NCBI GenBank assembly: GCA_964016885.1 | Contig: OZ024753.1 | Span: 8,556,001-8,620,000 of the forward strand | Direction of reading: 5' to 3' | Source of the DNA: Eledone cirrhosa | Taxonomy: Eukaryota | Length of the DNA: 64,000 nucleotides | In this document: one piece after another, positions 13,367 to 27,439 of the stretch | Numbering within the stretch: position 1 is the first letter of the stretch | How the letters are laid out: each line of letters begins with the position of its first letter | Program-made: the position numbers and the translations under genes | Notes under the pieces: generated by a model | What the model saw: the letters and a program-made list of their open reading frames with translations, nothing else | What the model was told of the DNA's origin: nothing | Databases searched by the model: none

Positions 13367-14321
13367 TTCTAGAATCTTTAGATTTCTAGTATTTTTTTTT
13401 TCTGAGATAATGATTCCTGGTTCACTGATTTATTTGCCTGTCCCTGTATTGAATTTTTTCATTCCATTCACACTCTCACAATACCATGCCAACATATCTT
13501 TCTTATGGTCTGCACGGACAAACACACACATATGCACACCTACACACATATGGACACTTACACACATATAGACACTTACACACACATGGACACTTACACA
13601 CTTACACACACACACACACACACACACGTTCATAGCAATATTGATAAACATTTCTCAGTGTCATGAACATTCTGTCTTAACCATTTTATGCAGCTTATCT
13701 AGCTTAACAACTTTATGAGATTAAGATGTCCATGTGAAAATTTAAGCAAATATTCTCTTTGATTTTCCCTCACAGATTTTCACTTGTGAATCAATGCAAT
13801 CATAATGCTGATGTTTACATACCATAGATCTCCCATTATCACCAAGTTTGCCACCATCTATGCAAAAGATAGTTTCATCGAGACATGTAACTACCATATC
13901 TTTGTGTTAATGTTAAGTTGATGTCTTAAGCAAATTCAGTGTTATGTTAAAACTACACTTTATGCTCACAAATATTATGCTCACAAATATTACCACTTTA
14001 TCACTTTTACTTGTTAAATTGCAGTGTGAGTTAGGAGTGCCTGTCTGAGTGGAAGGGGTATAAGACCAGGGGTATAAGACCACGGGTATAAGTTGGTGTG
14101 GCATTGTTCAAAAAAATTACACATTATACAGACAAATATTATCATTTTATCACTTCTACTTGTTAAATTACTTGTGTGAGTTAGGAGTGCCTGCATGAGA
14201 ATATAAGACCAGGAGACAAGCAAAGTTGGTGTGGTGGTGTTCTGTTAAAACTACACTTTATACTCACAAATATTACCACTTTCCCTATTCTTTCCCTTTG
14301 TTTCCCTTTTTTTTTATTTTT

Positions 14322-14628
14322 GCCATCATTACTTGTCCGAATGAACGGGCCTGCTCTGAGTATGCTCCTGTAGACTGGGGAGAGGGAGAACTTGGAGAGG
14401 GCGCTTGCCCTGGTGGTCAGGGTCGCAGTGGTCTTTTGTGTGGTTTTCGCCACGAGTGACCCTCGGAGGTTTTCCCCCTATCGGGGAATTTTTGTTTGAA
14501 TTTTTTCATTTCTTTTTACACATTTCTTTTTACACGGTCAAAACCCACTTTGTATCATCCTGTGTCGTCTGTAATGTTTTTCTTCATGTTAGCCCTTGTG
14601 GCCAATAAAGAAACCATTATTATTATTA
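14322..14628 (+). mobile_element. Probable L1/Tx1-type LINE 3' end
   Basis: GC-rich ORF end (…RMNGPALSMLL*), T-rich UTR, ends ccttgtggccAATAAAgaaa + (ATT)n. Confidence 0.45.
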
Positions 14629-14916
14629 CTTTTAGTGATCTCTCTCTCTCTTAGTCTTTCTCTTTTTAGATAGATAGATATAACGTTGCGCCCTTATAAT
14701 ATCTGTCTGTATTCCTGGCTGTCTGCATTACAACATTGACATAGCTGTGTGTGTGTATATATGTATATATAGTGTGTGTATATATATATATATAGTGTGT
14801 AGCGTTTTTTCGAAATATTTACTTCTGCGTTCACAGATTGATTTTTTTAGTTTAAGAAGATCCCGTTAAGGGTGAAAGCAGCGATTCTTTGCTTAAACTT
14901 TAATCTGTTATTTTAA

Positions 14917-14972
<56 letters not shown>

Positions 14973-15290
14973 TATATTCATGAGGTAACACGGTAAAAAG
15001 TTCCCAGTTCCACACTGTAAATGTGGTTGGTGTTAGGAAGGGCATCCAGCCGTAGAAAACCTGCCAGATAGTCCTATATGAGTGAGACACGGTCACCCGA
15101 CCAACCTTGCCGCAAGTGGGACAACTCCCGTCTAACCCATGCTAGCGTGGCAGATGGACGTTAAACGAAGATGATGATGATGTACAGATATTTTTGCATA
15201 CACAATAACAAAATATAAACAAACGTATTTATTTCACGAGGCTCGATAAGGATAAATATATATCAAATATATAAGAACCCTAGAGCAAAT

Positions 15291-15318
15291 CCCGAGCAAC
15301 GCCGGGCCATTCTGCTAG
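15291..15318 (+). mobile_element. Helitron-like 3' terminus
   Basis: GC hairpin CCCGAGCAACGCCGGG, then 8 nt, then CTAG|T. Confidence 0.55.
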
Positions 15319-16518
15319 TTATTACTATAAATAATATCATGTTAATACAGTTTTTATCATAAATTTAGATCTCTATTTACATTGATATCTTGATAGATAA
15401 ATAAATAGATAAATAAATAAATAAAATGTATCACAATTTAATAGAAAAGGAAAAAGAAATTTAGATTGAGAAGAAAGAATGGAATTTAAAATAAAACAAT
15501 ATTAAAAAAAGAAATGGAAAAGAAAGGGAAAGGCAAGGACTCTAGTGTCACAGAGGAATGAAGAGGACGAGGAGGAGGGTGATTGGGCTCTGGGCCTAGG
15601 GTGCAAGATTTCACAGCTCTAGCATCACTCCTTCATAGTCACCCTATGAACATTTCAGGTACCGTCATATATATATATAAATGAGGTTTATTTTTCAACA
15701 TGGTCACTAGAAAGAAACAATGTAGTTATTAATGTGAAGAGTTGAAATTAATGCATGCAAGATTTCACAGCTCTAGCATCATTCCTTCATAGTCAACCTA
15801 AGAACTTTTCAGCCCACTCTCATACAATGACCATATTGTTGTATAACTACATTCATTGCTTTTCTTAGGTAAATTTAATAACTGAACAGTTTCTGTTGGA
15901 AATGATTTTTTGAAATATATTAAGCACTGACATATGCAAAAATGGCTTCTTATTTGACTATAAAAACTCTTAAGTCTGTCTGGAGTATTATTTTATTTAT
16001 TTCCATATATATACATTTCTTCTGATTTAATTCTTCCAACAAAATAATGCTCCCACACAAAATATGACATTTGCATCCATCTTCAAATCTATTCAACTCT
16101 TTCTTGTCATGATATTTTCTTTTCCTTCAAATTACATTACCTTTTGCAAAATGTATCCTTCCACTGAAAAAACATGGAATCTTCATTGAATTTTCTAGAT
16201 AATTTGCAGAAAACAATTTCTTTGGTGAAATAATTCTGAATTCCATTAATCTTTGTTCTATACGACATTACTGATTTTTAAAGAAGAAAATTACGAAAAA
16301 AAAGAAAGTTTTAAGAGGAAAACTTTAATTCAGTTTCTGCCAAACAGATCACGTAATATCATTGCTTCTTATAGAAATTATATGTTCCATCTTTGCAACT
16401 TCTTTAGTGTTCCTTAAAATTATATTTAAGTTTTCATGGCCTCATATTGACCTTCATCTTAATAAATAATTCTATATATGTAAAACAGAAGACATTTAGA
16501 AATACTAAAGATATTCAG

Positions 16519-16521
<3 letters not shown>

Positions 16522-16557
<36 letters not shown>

Positions 16558-17550
16558 GTGTGTGTGTATAAGTGTGTGTGTGTAAGTGTGTGTGTGTATG
16601 AATGCCTCCCATGCTTTTAGGTTTTACAGTTTTGTGTGTGTATGTGAGTATATGTGTGTATGTGAGTGTGTGTGTTTGTGTGATGTCTCTGTATCTGTGT
16701 GTATATCTGTGTGTGTACGTGTGTGTGTTTGTGTGTGAATGCCTTCCTCGTGCTTTTAGGTTTTACAGTTTTGTCTGTATGTGTGATTTGTGTGTATCTG
16801 TGTATGTGTGTGTGTATGTATGTGTGTGTGTGTGAGTATATGTGAGTGTGTGTGTTTGTGTGATGTCTCTGTATCTGTGTGTATATCTGTGTGTGTACGT
16901 GTGTGTGTTTGTGTGTGAATGCCTTCCTCGTGCTTTTAGGTTTTACAGTTTTGTCTGTATGTGTGATGTGTGTGTATCTGTGTGTGTGTATATGTGTGTG
17001 TGTAAGTGTGTGTGCCTGTGTGTGTTTGTATCTGTAAGTGCATGGGTATTTGTGCCTGTGTGTGTGTTTGTGTCTGTCAGTGCAGTGCATGTGTGTTTGT
17101 GTCTGTGTGTGAGTGCCTGTGTGATGTCTGTGTGTGTTTGTGTCTCTGCCTGTGTGTGTTTGTGTATGTGCGTGTGTGTGTGTTCGTGTATGTGTGTTCG
17201 TGTCTGTGCGTGCGTGTGTGTTTGAGTCTGTGTGTGCATATGAGTTTGTGTCTGTGTGTGTTTGTGTATGTGCCTGTGTATGGCTGTGTATCTATCAGTG
17301 TGTGATATCTGAGTATGTCTGTGTATCTGTCACTGTGTGATATCTATGTGTGTCTGTATATCTTTCACTGTGTGATATCTATCAGTGTGTGATATATGTG
17401 TGTCTGTCTGTGTATCTGTCAATGTGTGATATCTATCAGTGTGTGATATATGTGTGTCTGTCTGTATATCTGTCAATGTGTGACATCTATCAGTGTGTGA
17501 TATATGTATGTGTGTCTGTGTATCTGTCACTGTGTGATATCTGAGTGTGT
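16522..17550. repeat. (TG)n-rich compound micro/minisatellite
   Basis: (TG)n with ~180-bp and ~58-bp higher-order repeats. Similar simple-repeat blocks at 27260-27910, 30420-31220, 39910-40145, 40445-40800 and 61220-61810. Confidence 0.9.
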
Positions 17551-18204
17551 AATATAACAGTTCTATGGGGCATTATTCAGTCATCTGACACACACATATC
17601 AATGGAAACCTTATTCCCCAGCAAATGCAGTTTATCATTCACAATTTTCTTATTGTTTTATTACTATTTCATACTCTACCTTTAGACCAGAAGGTGTTAT
17701 TGTGCATAAGAACCTATCTCAGTGTTTACAATGATAATTGTTTTAACCTCTTCAGTGTTAGAGATGAGATAACTCATTTCCAACAGGTCATAACTTCATT
17801 TTACTGAAGAAAAAAAACAAAAAAACACCGGCACCGCAACTGTAGCTATGTAAAATATTTGGTGTTAGCCATATTTCTTCTTCTTCGCCGTCATTGTAGT
17901 CGTCTTCTCCTCGAGTCATCCTTTTGTCAGAGAGGAAGCATTCATTTTGTTTTTTCTAATTGCTAGAATATATGTGAAACATGACACCTGTATAAGCCTG
18001 TTCCATCAGCTCAACAAGCTACAATGGGCCTTAAAAATGCTTGATGGTGCCATATCTTCTCTTTAATCATCCAGTCCCATCTCTAAGTTTAGCCTGTCAG
18101 CAGAAACATTTACCTATGGTGTGGGTGATTAAAAATGTCCCTCAGAACCAAAAGTGAGAATCATGTGTGAGAACCAGTATACTTGTCCATCTTTAAGGAT
18201 GCGA

Positions 18205-18742
18205 CTACCAAATATCAAGGTATTATGTCTACCTGGACAGCCTGGTTTCAAGAATTTCTAGCCACTACCAAATATCAAGGTATTCTGTCTACCTGGACAG
18301 CCTGGTTTCAAGAATTTCTAGCCACTACCAAATATCAAGGTATTCTGTCTACCTGGACAGCCTGGTTTCAACAATTTCTAGCTACTACTAAATATCAAGT
18401 ATTCTGTCTACCTGGACAGCCTGGTTTCAAGAATTTCTAGCCACTACCAAATATCAAGGTATTATGTCTACCTGGACAGCCTGGTGTCAACAATTTCTAG
18501 CTACTACCAAATATCAAGGTATTCTGTCTACCTGGACAGCCTGGTGTCAACAATTTCTAGCCACTACCAAATATCAAGGTATTCTGTCTACCTGGACAGC
18601 CTGGTGTCAACAATTTCTAGCCACTACCAAATATCAAGGTATTCTGTCTACCTGGATAGCCTGGTTTCAAGAATTTCTAGCTACTACTAAACATCAAGGT
18701 ATTATGTCTACCTGGACAGCCTGGTTTCAAGAATTTCTACCA
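18205..18742. repeat. 60-bp minisatellite, 9 units
   Basis: actaccaaatatcaaggtattctgtctacctggacagcctggtttcaagaatttctagcc repeated. Confidence 0.95.
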
Positions 18743-20701
18743 AAATAAATTTTGTTTGCAAGCTGCCAAGAATATTTAGCCAATTTTTTCTTAATACCGA
18801 AGAAGCAAGTGAAATATATATATCTGCCAATTTGATTTATCTGGTATTAAGGTGAGAAAATAAATTTTAGAAGTTCCTATAGTGAGAATGTTTTTTTTAT
18901 CATTTATTTACTAAATACTAAAGTACTGGCTGGCTAGTAGCATTTGGTTGATCTTTACACTTTGAAGTGATATTTCTAGTTGCTCAAACTCAAAGGTAGA
19001 TTTATTTAGTACACTGCTGGTGTAAAAGTTATATTATACATTTTCTATAGAAAATATAAACATAAATGACTGGAGTATATTTGTAAAAGGTTTCCTCATT
19101 TACAGAAAATTTCACAAGATTCCTTTACTTCAGATGTACATGTGTGTATATGTTTTTGTGCATGGTGCATGTGTTTGTGTGTATGTATATATAAAACCCC
19201 AAGAAAACATATTCAAAATATTTTCATTCTAAAATATAGAAATATAGTTGCATACAAACCTACAGTCAATAGGCACCTCTCAACCCAATACACACCCCAC
19301 ACACCCTACCCCATCCTCCCATTTCTGTCCACTCTGTTGGTGACAACAAAACAAAATACACCCAGTCCACATTGTAAAGTGGTCATGTAGGGGACACGTT
19401 AAAAGGGCACACTGTAAATGTGGTTGGTGTTAGGAAGGGCATCCAGCCGTAAAAAACCTACCAGGGACACTTCCGTACGAATGAGACATGGTCGCCCGAC
19501 CACTCCTGCATCAAATGGAACAACACTGTCTAACCCATGATAACGAGGAAGATGAAGATGATGATGATGATGATGATACTAGTGTATGCATGGTGTAGTG
19601 GTTTGTGTATTCAGCTCACAATCATATGGCCATGAGTTTGATTCCTGGCATGCATTGTGTTCTTGAGTAAGACACTTTATTTCACATTGCACCAGTCCAC
19701 TCAGCTGGTAGAAATGAATTGTACCTGTAATTCAAAAAGGCCAGCGTTGTCACATTCAATGTCATGCTGAATCTCCCTAAAGGTACATATGTTTGTGGAA
19801 TACTCAGCCATTTGCACAATAATTTCACTAGCAGGCTGTTCCATTGATCATATCAACTGGAACACTTATTATCACAACTGATAGTTATATATGCTAAATA
19901 TATATCGCAATTTGGAAATATATACACCGCAGTGCAGATAATTATAATTGTTTCTACTTTAGGCACAAGGCCTCCAATTATCCCAGTACATTACTGGTAC
20001 TTTATTTTATCGATCCCGTAAGGATGAAAGGCAAAGTTAACCTTGGCGGGATTTGAACTCAAAACATAAAGGTACAAGATAATTATAATGATAGTTGAGT
20101 AGAGTAAATCAGGTAAAGTACTCTTCGAGATGGACAGGACAAAAAGGGTAAACAGAGACACTTTCAGTGAGCCAACCCATGCCTCTTTCATGCTGGGCCC
20201 CAAAGCGATGCAAGGTTCGACTATCTACACATTTCCCTGTCCACATTTTCCTGTCTCCAGCTTTGGATACAGCTGATATCTTTTAAAACACAGAAGACAG
20301 ACACAAACAGAGAAAATAAAAAAGATATATATAGAGAGAAAGAATGGACCCCGGTATTAGACTGGTAATACTTTATTTAGTAAACTCTAAAGGATGTAAG
20401 AAGCAAAGTTAATCTTGGTAGGATTGGAGCCAGAATAAATATCGCAAAGCATATTTATTCTGGCAAAGCATAATATTTTGCTTTAAAACCCTACAGTAAA
20501 TGAACATATATATATTCCCTTCAATTTTAATCTTTCTAATTTCTCATCCTTTCTTCTGATGAAGGACTAGCATCCAAAACGTTAAGGTCCTCTTCCTGCT
20601 ATTTCAAGCATTAAACTAATATATTCCTTCCATATACTGTACCGATTGAGTTGTTATTTCTGTTTACCTTTTACATACATACATATATATTTGACATATA
20701 T

Positions 20702-20784
20702 AATGGCTTCTACATGACTAGAACTGTTTCATTCGAAGGATGATTTCCATCGAATGAAACAGTTCTAGTCCTGTAGAAGCCATT
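20702..20784. repeat. Short palindrome (35-bp arms)
   Basis: aatggcttctacatgactagaactgtttcattcga ... tcgaatgaaacagttctagtcctgtagaagccatt, one mismatch. Confidence 0.9.
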
Positions 20785-20842
20785 TCTATATTAAATATGT
20801 ATACTCTACTATGTATTGAGTACCTTACTTACTGTTTACCTC

Positions 20843-20886
<44 letters not shown>

Positions 20887-20890
20887 AGAA

Positions 20891-21056
20891 AAAAGAGAAT
20901 CAGTGTTGCGACGAAAGGAATTTATTGGACATATTACAAATGTTTCTCGGGTGACCAGCTTAAGGCACTATCGATATGGTGATCACACCTGACTCTGAAA
21001 TCAATATTTGTAATATGTCCAATAAATTACTTTCATCGCAACACTGATTCTCTTTT
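20891..21056. repeat. Inverted repeat (~51-bp arms) beside a (TA)n tract
   Basis: aaaagagaatcagtgttgcg...ttacaaat / atttgtaa...cgcaacactgattctctttt. Confidence 0.9.
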
Positions 21057-21479
21057 AACTATATATATAAGTATGTATACAGACGTACTGTAGTATGTAT
21101 ATATATACATACATGCAGACATATATATATGTACGTATGGATTTACCGAAAATTTATTATAATGCTCGGTTTGTTTGTAAACAAACATCCCGAATTAAGC
21201 CGTACAGTGTTTAGCAACCATCGTTGCCCTTTTGTTCAACACTGGCAAAGTAACGATGTACTAGTTTTAAGCTTATTAGCTATTGTCAGCACTGTATACC
21301 TTCCTGCCAGATGTTTGAACGTCTGAAAGTATATACTTTCCTTATGCATATTAACGACTGAGCAGACGTATACATACTTATATTTAAGTAACAACCGTAC
21401 TAAGAGTGAGTGAGAAATGAAATTTCGTTTCATTTTTTCCATCTATATATATATATATATTTCATTTCATTTCATTACA

Positions 21480-21797
21480 TTTTACGTCCACTTTTCCCTG
21501 CTTGCAAGGGTGGGACGGGAACTGATGCTGGCTTGATTTCTACAGCTGGATGCCCTTCCTAACATCAACCTCATTTACAGTGAGTGCTGGGTGCTTTTTT
21601 GCCGTGGCACCACCATGACCACTTTACAGTGGAATGATATGGACCCCAGTCCCTATCATCTCATTTCTACAGCTGAGTAAACTGGAGCAATGTGAAATAA
21701 AGTGTCTTGCTCAAGGAAACAACACATCACCCGGTCTGAGAATTGAACTCACAACCTTTCGATTGCAAGGCCAATGCTCCAACCACTAAGCCATGTG

Positions 21798-21800
<3 letters not shown>
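21480..21800 (-). mobile_element. SINE family A
   Basis: Full-length copy. Confidence 0.9.
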
Positions 21801-21887
<87 letters not shown>

Positions 21888-22461
21888 TATAAAAACACAC
21901 ACACACACATATATATGCTACATACCATTTAGTTCCATATGCTACTATTCTACCATTCCACCAATAATAAATATGCTGAGATATTTACAAAAAAAATGCT
22001 CCTGTATTTCCTGAAAACTGTACATGATGTTATCATTAAAATAAGTTATCTAAAAACAAAAATTGAAATTTACTATTTAAGAAAGAAAAAAACCTAACTG
22101 AAGTATTACAAAAAATTGTTTCAACTTTTAGTGTTTACTTTAATTTTATCAAACTTTTAATTTCTTTGATATATTTGCCAAATAAAAAAGAAACTTTGTT
22201 AAAACTAGCTCGCAGAAGGTAACCACAATCCTACCTGAAATTTTCTATTTAAGTGATGTTAAAAAAAAACTCCCCAAAAACCTGCCAACGCAGTTGGATG
22301 TAACTACAGCCATTATGCACATGCACACATGTGCATATAGGTTTGCATGTAGTAGTCTAAGTGAGAGCAAGAGAAAAAAAAGAAAGACTTTTAATAGGAT
22401 GGACCAGAATAAAATAAAATGCATATCCACCTGCTGTATATTATTATTAAGAAACCATCTT

Positions 22462-22500
<39 letters not shown>

Positions 22501-22516
22501 TGTTGTTGTTGTAATA

Positions 22517-22722
22517 GGGCGGTGGATTGGCAGTATCGGTAGAGGGTCGGACGCCATGCTTTGAAGCATAGAGTTACGTCCCTTTACGATCTGAGTTCAA
22601 ATCCCGCCGAGGTTGACTTTGCCTTTCATCCTTACGGGGTCGATAAAATAAAGTACCAGTAATGTACTGGATAATTGCTGGTCTTGTGCCAAAAGTAGAA
22701 ACAATTATTATTATTATTATTA
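22517..22722 (+). mobile_element. tRNA-derived SINE family B, (ATT)n tail
   Basis: ggcggtggattggcagtatcggtagag...gagttcaaatcc B box, gcctttcatccttacggggtcgataaa core (resembles the Meta/MESC-type SINE domain), tail aaagtagaaacaattatt. Other copies at about 3940-4100(-), 5127-5258, 10750-10900(-), 19945-20065(-), 22726-22940, 41600-41795 and 53827-54335. Confidence 0.88.
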
Positions 22723-23349
22723 TTGTGGTGGTTTGACAGTATTGGTAGAGCATCAGAAACTATGCTTTTCAGCATGGAGTTATGGCCCTTTACGTTCCAA
22801 ACTCAAATCCCGCCGAGATGAACTTTGCCTTTCATCCTTACGGGGTCGATAAAATCGACTGTCATGCACTGGGGTCGATTAAATCGACTTTCCTCTCCCC
22901 ACAAATTGCTGGCCTTGAGCCTATATAAGAAACTATTATTTGACAACAGACTCTAGATAGTTTTTGTAGATTACATGTAGTAAACACACACACACACACA
23001 TACACACACACACACGCACACAGATTCAGACCTTCAAACTAAGACATACATCCTTAGTTACATCTTCTTATTTTTTTTTAATTAAAAGACAAATATTAGG
23101 AAAGCTTGTAATAGGTTTCGTATATCTCTTTTTTAAATTACATGACTTCTAGAAAATCCTTGACTCAATTTCGTTGCTTGAGATTTTTTCTTCAGAATCA
23201 TTATATACTGCGTCTTTCTGTTTCTTTCAGTATTTTAAAATGTATTTCATCATTTTGATAGGAAAATTTATTTACCAACTGAAGCTTAATATTTGACTTA
23301 TTTTTTTTTTTACAAAACTGATAAATAGTTCAAAGTCTCGGGAGTAGGG

Positions 23350-23940
23350 AACCCATTACAAGCTGCTGGTCTCGACGAAATGTAAAGCACAACTGGTGGG
23401 TAGTTTTGAAGGATGAGTGCCTCGACCAGGAAGGCCATTTGTGAGGTGAGGTGTCGATGAAATGTAAAGCACAACTGGTGGGTAGTTTTGAAGGATGAGT
23501 GCCTCGACCAGGAAGGCCATTTGTGAGGTGAGGTGTCGATGAAATGTAAAGCACAACTGGTGGGTAGTTTTGAAGGATGTGTGCCTCGACCAGGAAGGCC
23601 ATTTGTGAGGTGAGGTGTCGACGAAATGTAAAGCACAACTGGTGGGTAGTTTTGAAGGATGAGTGCTTCGACCGGGAAGGCCATTTGTGAGGTGAGGTGT
23701 CGATGAAATGTAAAGCACAACTGGTGGGTAGTTTTGAAGGATGGTACCTCGACTGGGAAGCCATTGCAAGCTGCTGGTGTTGACAAAATGCAAAGCACAA
23801 TTGGTGGGTAGTTTTGAAAGATGGTGCCTCGACCGGGAAGGCCATTTGTGAGGTGAGATGTCGATGAAATGCAAAGCACAACTGGTGGGTAGTTTTGAAA
23901 GACGGTGCCTCGACTGGGAAGCCATTTGTGAGCTGCTGGG
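23350..23940. repeat. ~82-bp minisatellite, ~7 units
   Basis: gaaatgtaaagcacaactggtgggtagttttgaaggatgagtgcctcgaccaggaaggccatttgtgaggtgaggtgtcgat repeated. Confidence 0.95.
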
Positions 23941-25065
23941 CAGAAGTCGTCTTTTGAATTCATGCGCCACCAACCCTAAGGGCTGGCGAGTGGCAAAGCA
24001 CGACCAAATTACTCCGCAGCGATAAAATAGTGCCATTGCTTGCTACAATTTGATAGTAAAATTTATTTATCAACTGAGCTTAAAATTTGACTTTTTTTTT
24101 TTCCATAAAACTGATAAATAATCGTTGTACATAGAATATCTACCATCTGACCTCGTTTGCTATTTTCCACTCAAAACTTGTGCAGAAATTTCTCTAAATA
24201 CTTTATAGCTACTATACATCAAAACTTTATCAGATGATAAAAGAGATTCTTCTTTAGTTTCCAACATTAATGAATTAGATATGAAAAAGCCACATTATGC
24301 TTCCACTGTTGCAAGCAATAATAACCTGGCTCATTGCTAACCTTTGCAAATGTTAACGCTTATTGTATCTACTTAGAGGTCCTTTTGCTTTATTGTACAT
24401 GGCTATTGTGATGGTAAATTTAATTTCTAAAGCCAAGGTTCTCAAACAATAACCAGTTTATCTTGATCATCATCTTTGATAATAAGCATGAAACAACTGC
24501 AAGTCTGTAAAATAAAGAGTTTAACTGTTTAAAAAGCATCAATCTTTTATTCTACAATGCACTTGTGGCTTTGAAGTGTTTACAGTAATGTCTATATTAG
24601 ATTAAGAAGCAAAGTGCAAGAATCGTAGAAGAGAATCAACTAAGTAAAAGGTAGGAAGAGAATGAGTGGTGGAGGTGGAGGAGTAGTAGGGGTACGAGTA
24701 GGAGGAAGGTTTCATGTTGCAGTAGAACAATAGTTAGATTAACACTTTAGCATTTAAACCAGCTGTAACCGGCCAGAATTCTCCAACCTCTTTCTCTTCA
24801 AACTGGTCATAACTGGCTGCTCATACTTATGTTAAGGTATTGTTCTCAAAATAGATACTATCAAAATCTCATTGATTGGATATTATGTGAGATATTTATG
24901 TAAGATAAAGCCTTTACTGTGAAAATACAATAGTAAATATAGAGTCATTTAAATGGTAAAGGGTTAAATAAATTAGAAAAATATTGTTGGGAACAGAAAC
25001 TTCAAAATTTTATCTTGAATATACTCTAAATAGTTTCATTCCCATCAGAAGTATATAGCATATGG

Positions 25066-25350
25066 CAGGCATGTCAAACATGTGGCCCTTTACAAACACA
25101 CATGTGGCCCGCACAAAGGTATTTACTGCACGAGCATGTTTTATCTTTGTAATATAAAATAAAAAATGTTGTTGTAATATGCGCAATTAGTTGTCATGTG
25201 TGGTCCTCAGACAACACATGTGACCCATGTGGCCCTCAGACAACACATGTGACCCATGTGGTCCTCAGACAACACATGTGACCCATGTGGCCCTCAGACA
25301 ACACATGTGGCCCATGTGGCTCTCAGGGGACCCTCAGTTTGACATGCCTG
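25066..25350. mobile_element. hAT-type MITE with 30-bp internal tandem repeat (x4)
   Basis: Perfect TIR CAGGCATGTCAAAC/GTTTGACATGCCTG. Confidence 0.85.
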
Positions 25351-25448
25351 CTCTAAATATTTTCATTCTCAACAGAAGTATATAGCATATGGTACAGTAT
25401 GAGGGTTTAAAGTTGGAGATATCTGCTGTCTGTCTGTTTATCTGTTTG

Positions 25449-25502
<54 letters not shown>

Positions 25503-26246
25503 AAAGGACCCCAGTTGTTGTCGCAACACCTTTCTAAAAAAAACTACGGCTTCAGAAGCATCTGATGATGTTGACCAGTTCTCCTTTTCGGGTAATGTTG
25601 TTGATGCTCAGAGAGTGGGATTGGTCGAGTGCAAGGCCTTTACCCACTTAAAAACCTTCAAAGCACAGGCGTTGCTTGTTCAGGATCTGTTACAGGTTTG
25701 TGTGGCTGGCCGTAGCCTAAAAGTGCACCATTTTCTGTAATCTGACAAATGATTGCAATAATCTTAGCAGAGTTTGCAGCCATCATGTATATATGTATGC
25801 ATGTATATATATACAATGGCCATCCAAAATCACCGGGAGAGATGACCCCTTAGCCTTTGTCAAGGCAGAATTCTAGGAGAAGGAAAACTCTGATATAACA
25901 CCTGCAACCCTGATAGTATCCAATGATGTTGACTTGTTCTTCTTTTTGGTAAATATCATCTTGGTTAAGAGAGTGGGACTGGCTTTGTGCAGTGCCTTTG
26001 CTCACTATAAAAGCTTCACGGCACAGGCATTGCTTTATAACTGGAGATCTCTCTGCACTTGTTGTCACATGGTACCATGGGCCCAGCACTATGTGTCAAT
26101 AATTGTCACAAGTGTAGTGTTTGTACCAGAGTTTTCAAGTCACTGGCTGGACTAAAAAGTCACACTCGTTCAGTGCATCGGTAGGAGTTCTCCTACATGG
26201 ATATAAAGTAGTGGCCGTACTCGAAAACGAGTTGGCAGCCACCATA

Positions 26247-26282
<36 letters not shown>

Positions 26283-27407
26283 TGTATGTATGTGACCTTC
26301 TCCAAGAGAGATGTCTTAATGAAGACTAGGGTTCTTTTGCTCCAAAAAGAAAAAAAAAACTTGGTATAAAACCTGCGACTTCATTTGCAGCTATCATGTA
26401 TGTATGTATATATCTATGTATGTATGCATATATATATGCATGTGTGTATGTATGTATATATATATGCATGTGACAGTATAAGGATGATATGTGTGTGTAT
26501 GTGTGTGAATAATGCTAATGACAAACTTTTTATCTGAGCCATTAACTTGGCAGACAAAAAAAAAGGCATCCCTCTGCCTTAAACTGACCAATTCTTCTTC
26601 TCTCTTTCCTTCTCTTCTTATTGTCTCTCTTTCATTCTCTCTCCCCTTTTATTTTTTATCACTCTCTCCAAACACTCTCTTCATCCCTACCCCTCACAGT
26701 TCTCCTCTTTTTCCTTCCTGTTATTAGCTTTTAATTGTCCTTCTTTCTCCATCTCTTTTTCTTCCTCTCCCGAAACACTCTTCTTTCCTCCCTCCTTCCC
26801 TCCATCTCCCCCCCCCCCCCAATTCTCCTCTCCTTCTTGTTATTAGCTTTTCATTGTCCTTCTTTCTCCATCTCTTTTTCTCCCTTTTCTGAAACACTCT
26901 TCTCCCCCTCCCCCTTCCCTCTCTCCCTCCCTCCTTCCCTCTCTCCCTACACCCCTTCCCTCTTCCCCCTCCTTCCCTCCTATCAATTTTCTTTCTCTGC
27001 CGGTCACATCCTTACAGTCCTTTCACATCAACCAATTCTCTATTTCCTGTCATTATCCAGTAGATATTGATCTTATATGACTAAAGATGAAGAAAATATT
27101 CCTAGTTCCCTAAAAAGCACTTAGTAGTCTGAAGTAACGTCTACTTTGCTACCAATCACATCTACCATCTTAAGAAACTTTCCACTAAACTATTTAATAG
27201 CTTACCATTGCAAGTTTTTACTTTTAATTAAAATTACATCATGTTGGGTATTCTCAGTGCTTATATATATATGTATATATATATATGTGTGTGTGTGTGT
27301 GTGATAGAGAGAGTGTGTGTGTGTGTGAGATAGAGAGTGTGTGTGTGTGTGTGTGATAGAGTGTGTGTGTGTGTGTGATGGAGAGAGTGTGTGTGTGTGT
27401 GAGATAG

Positions 27408-27439
<32 letters not shown>

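Noticed and set aside
20551-20587. Hammerhead CTGATGAAGGACTAGCATCCAAAACGTTAAG
   Set aside because: GAAA is mutated to AAAA and stem I is weak. Probably a dead remnant; not counted.
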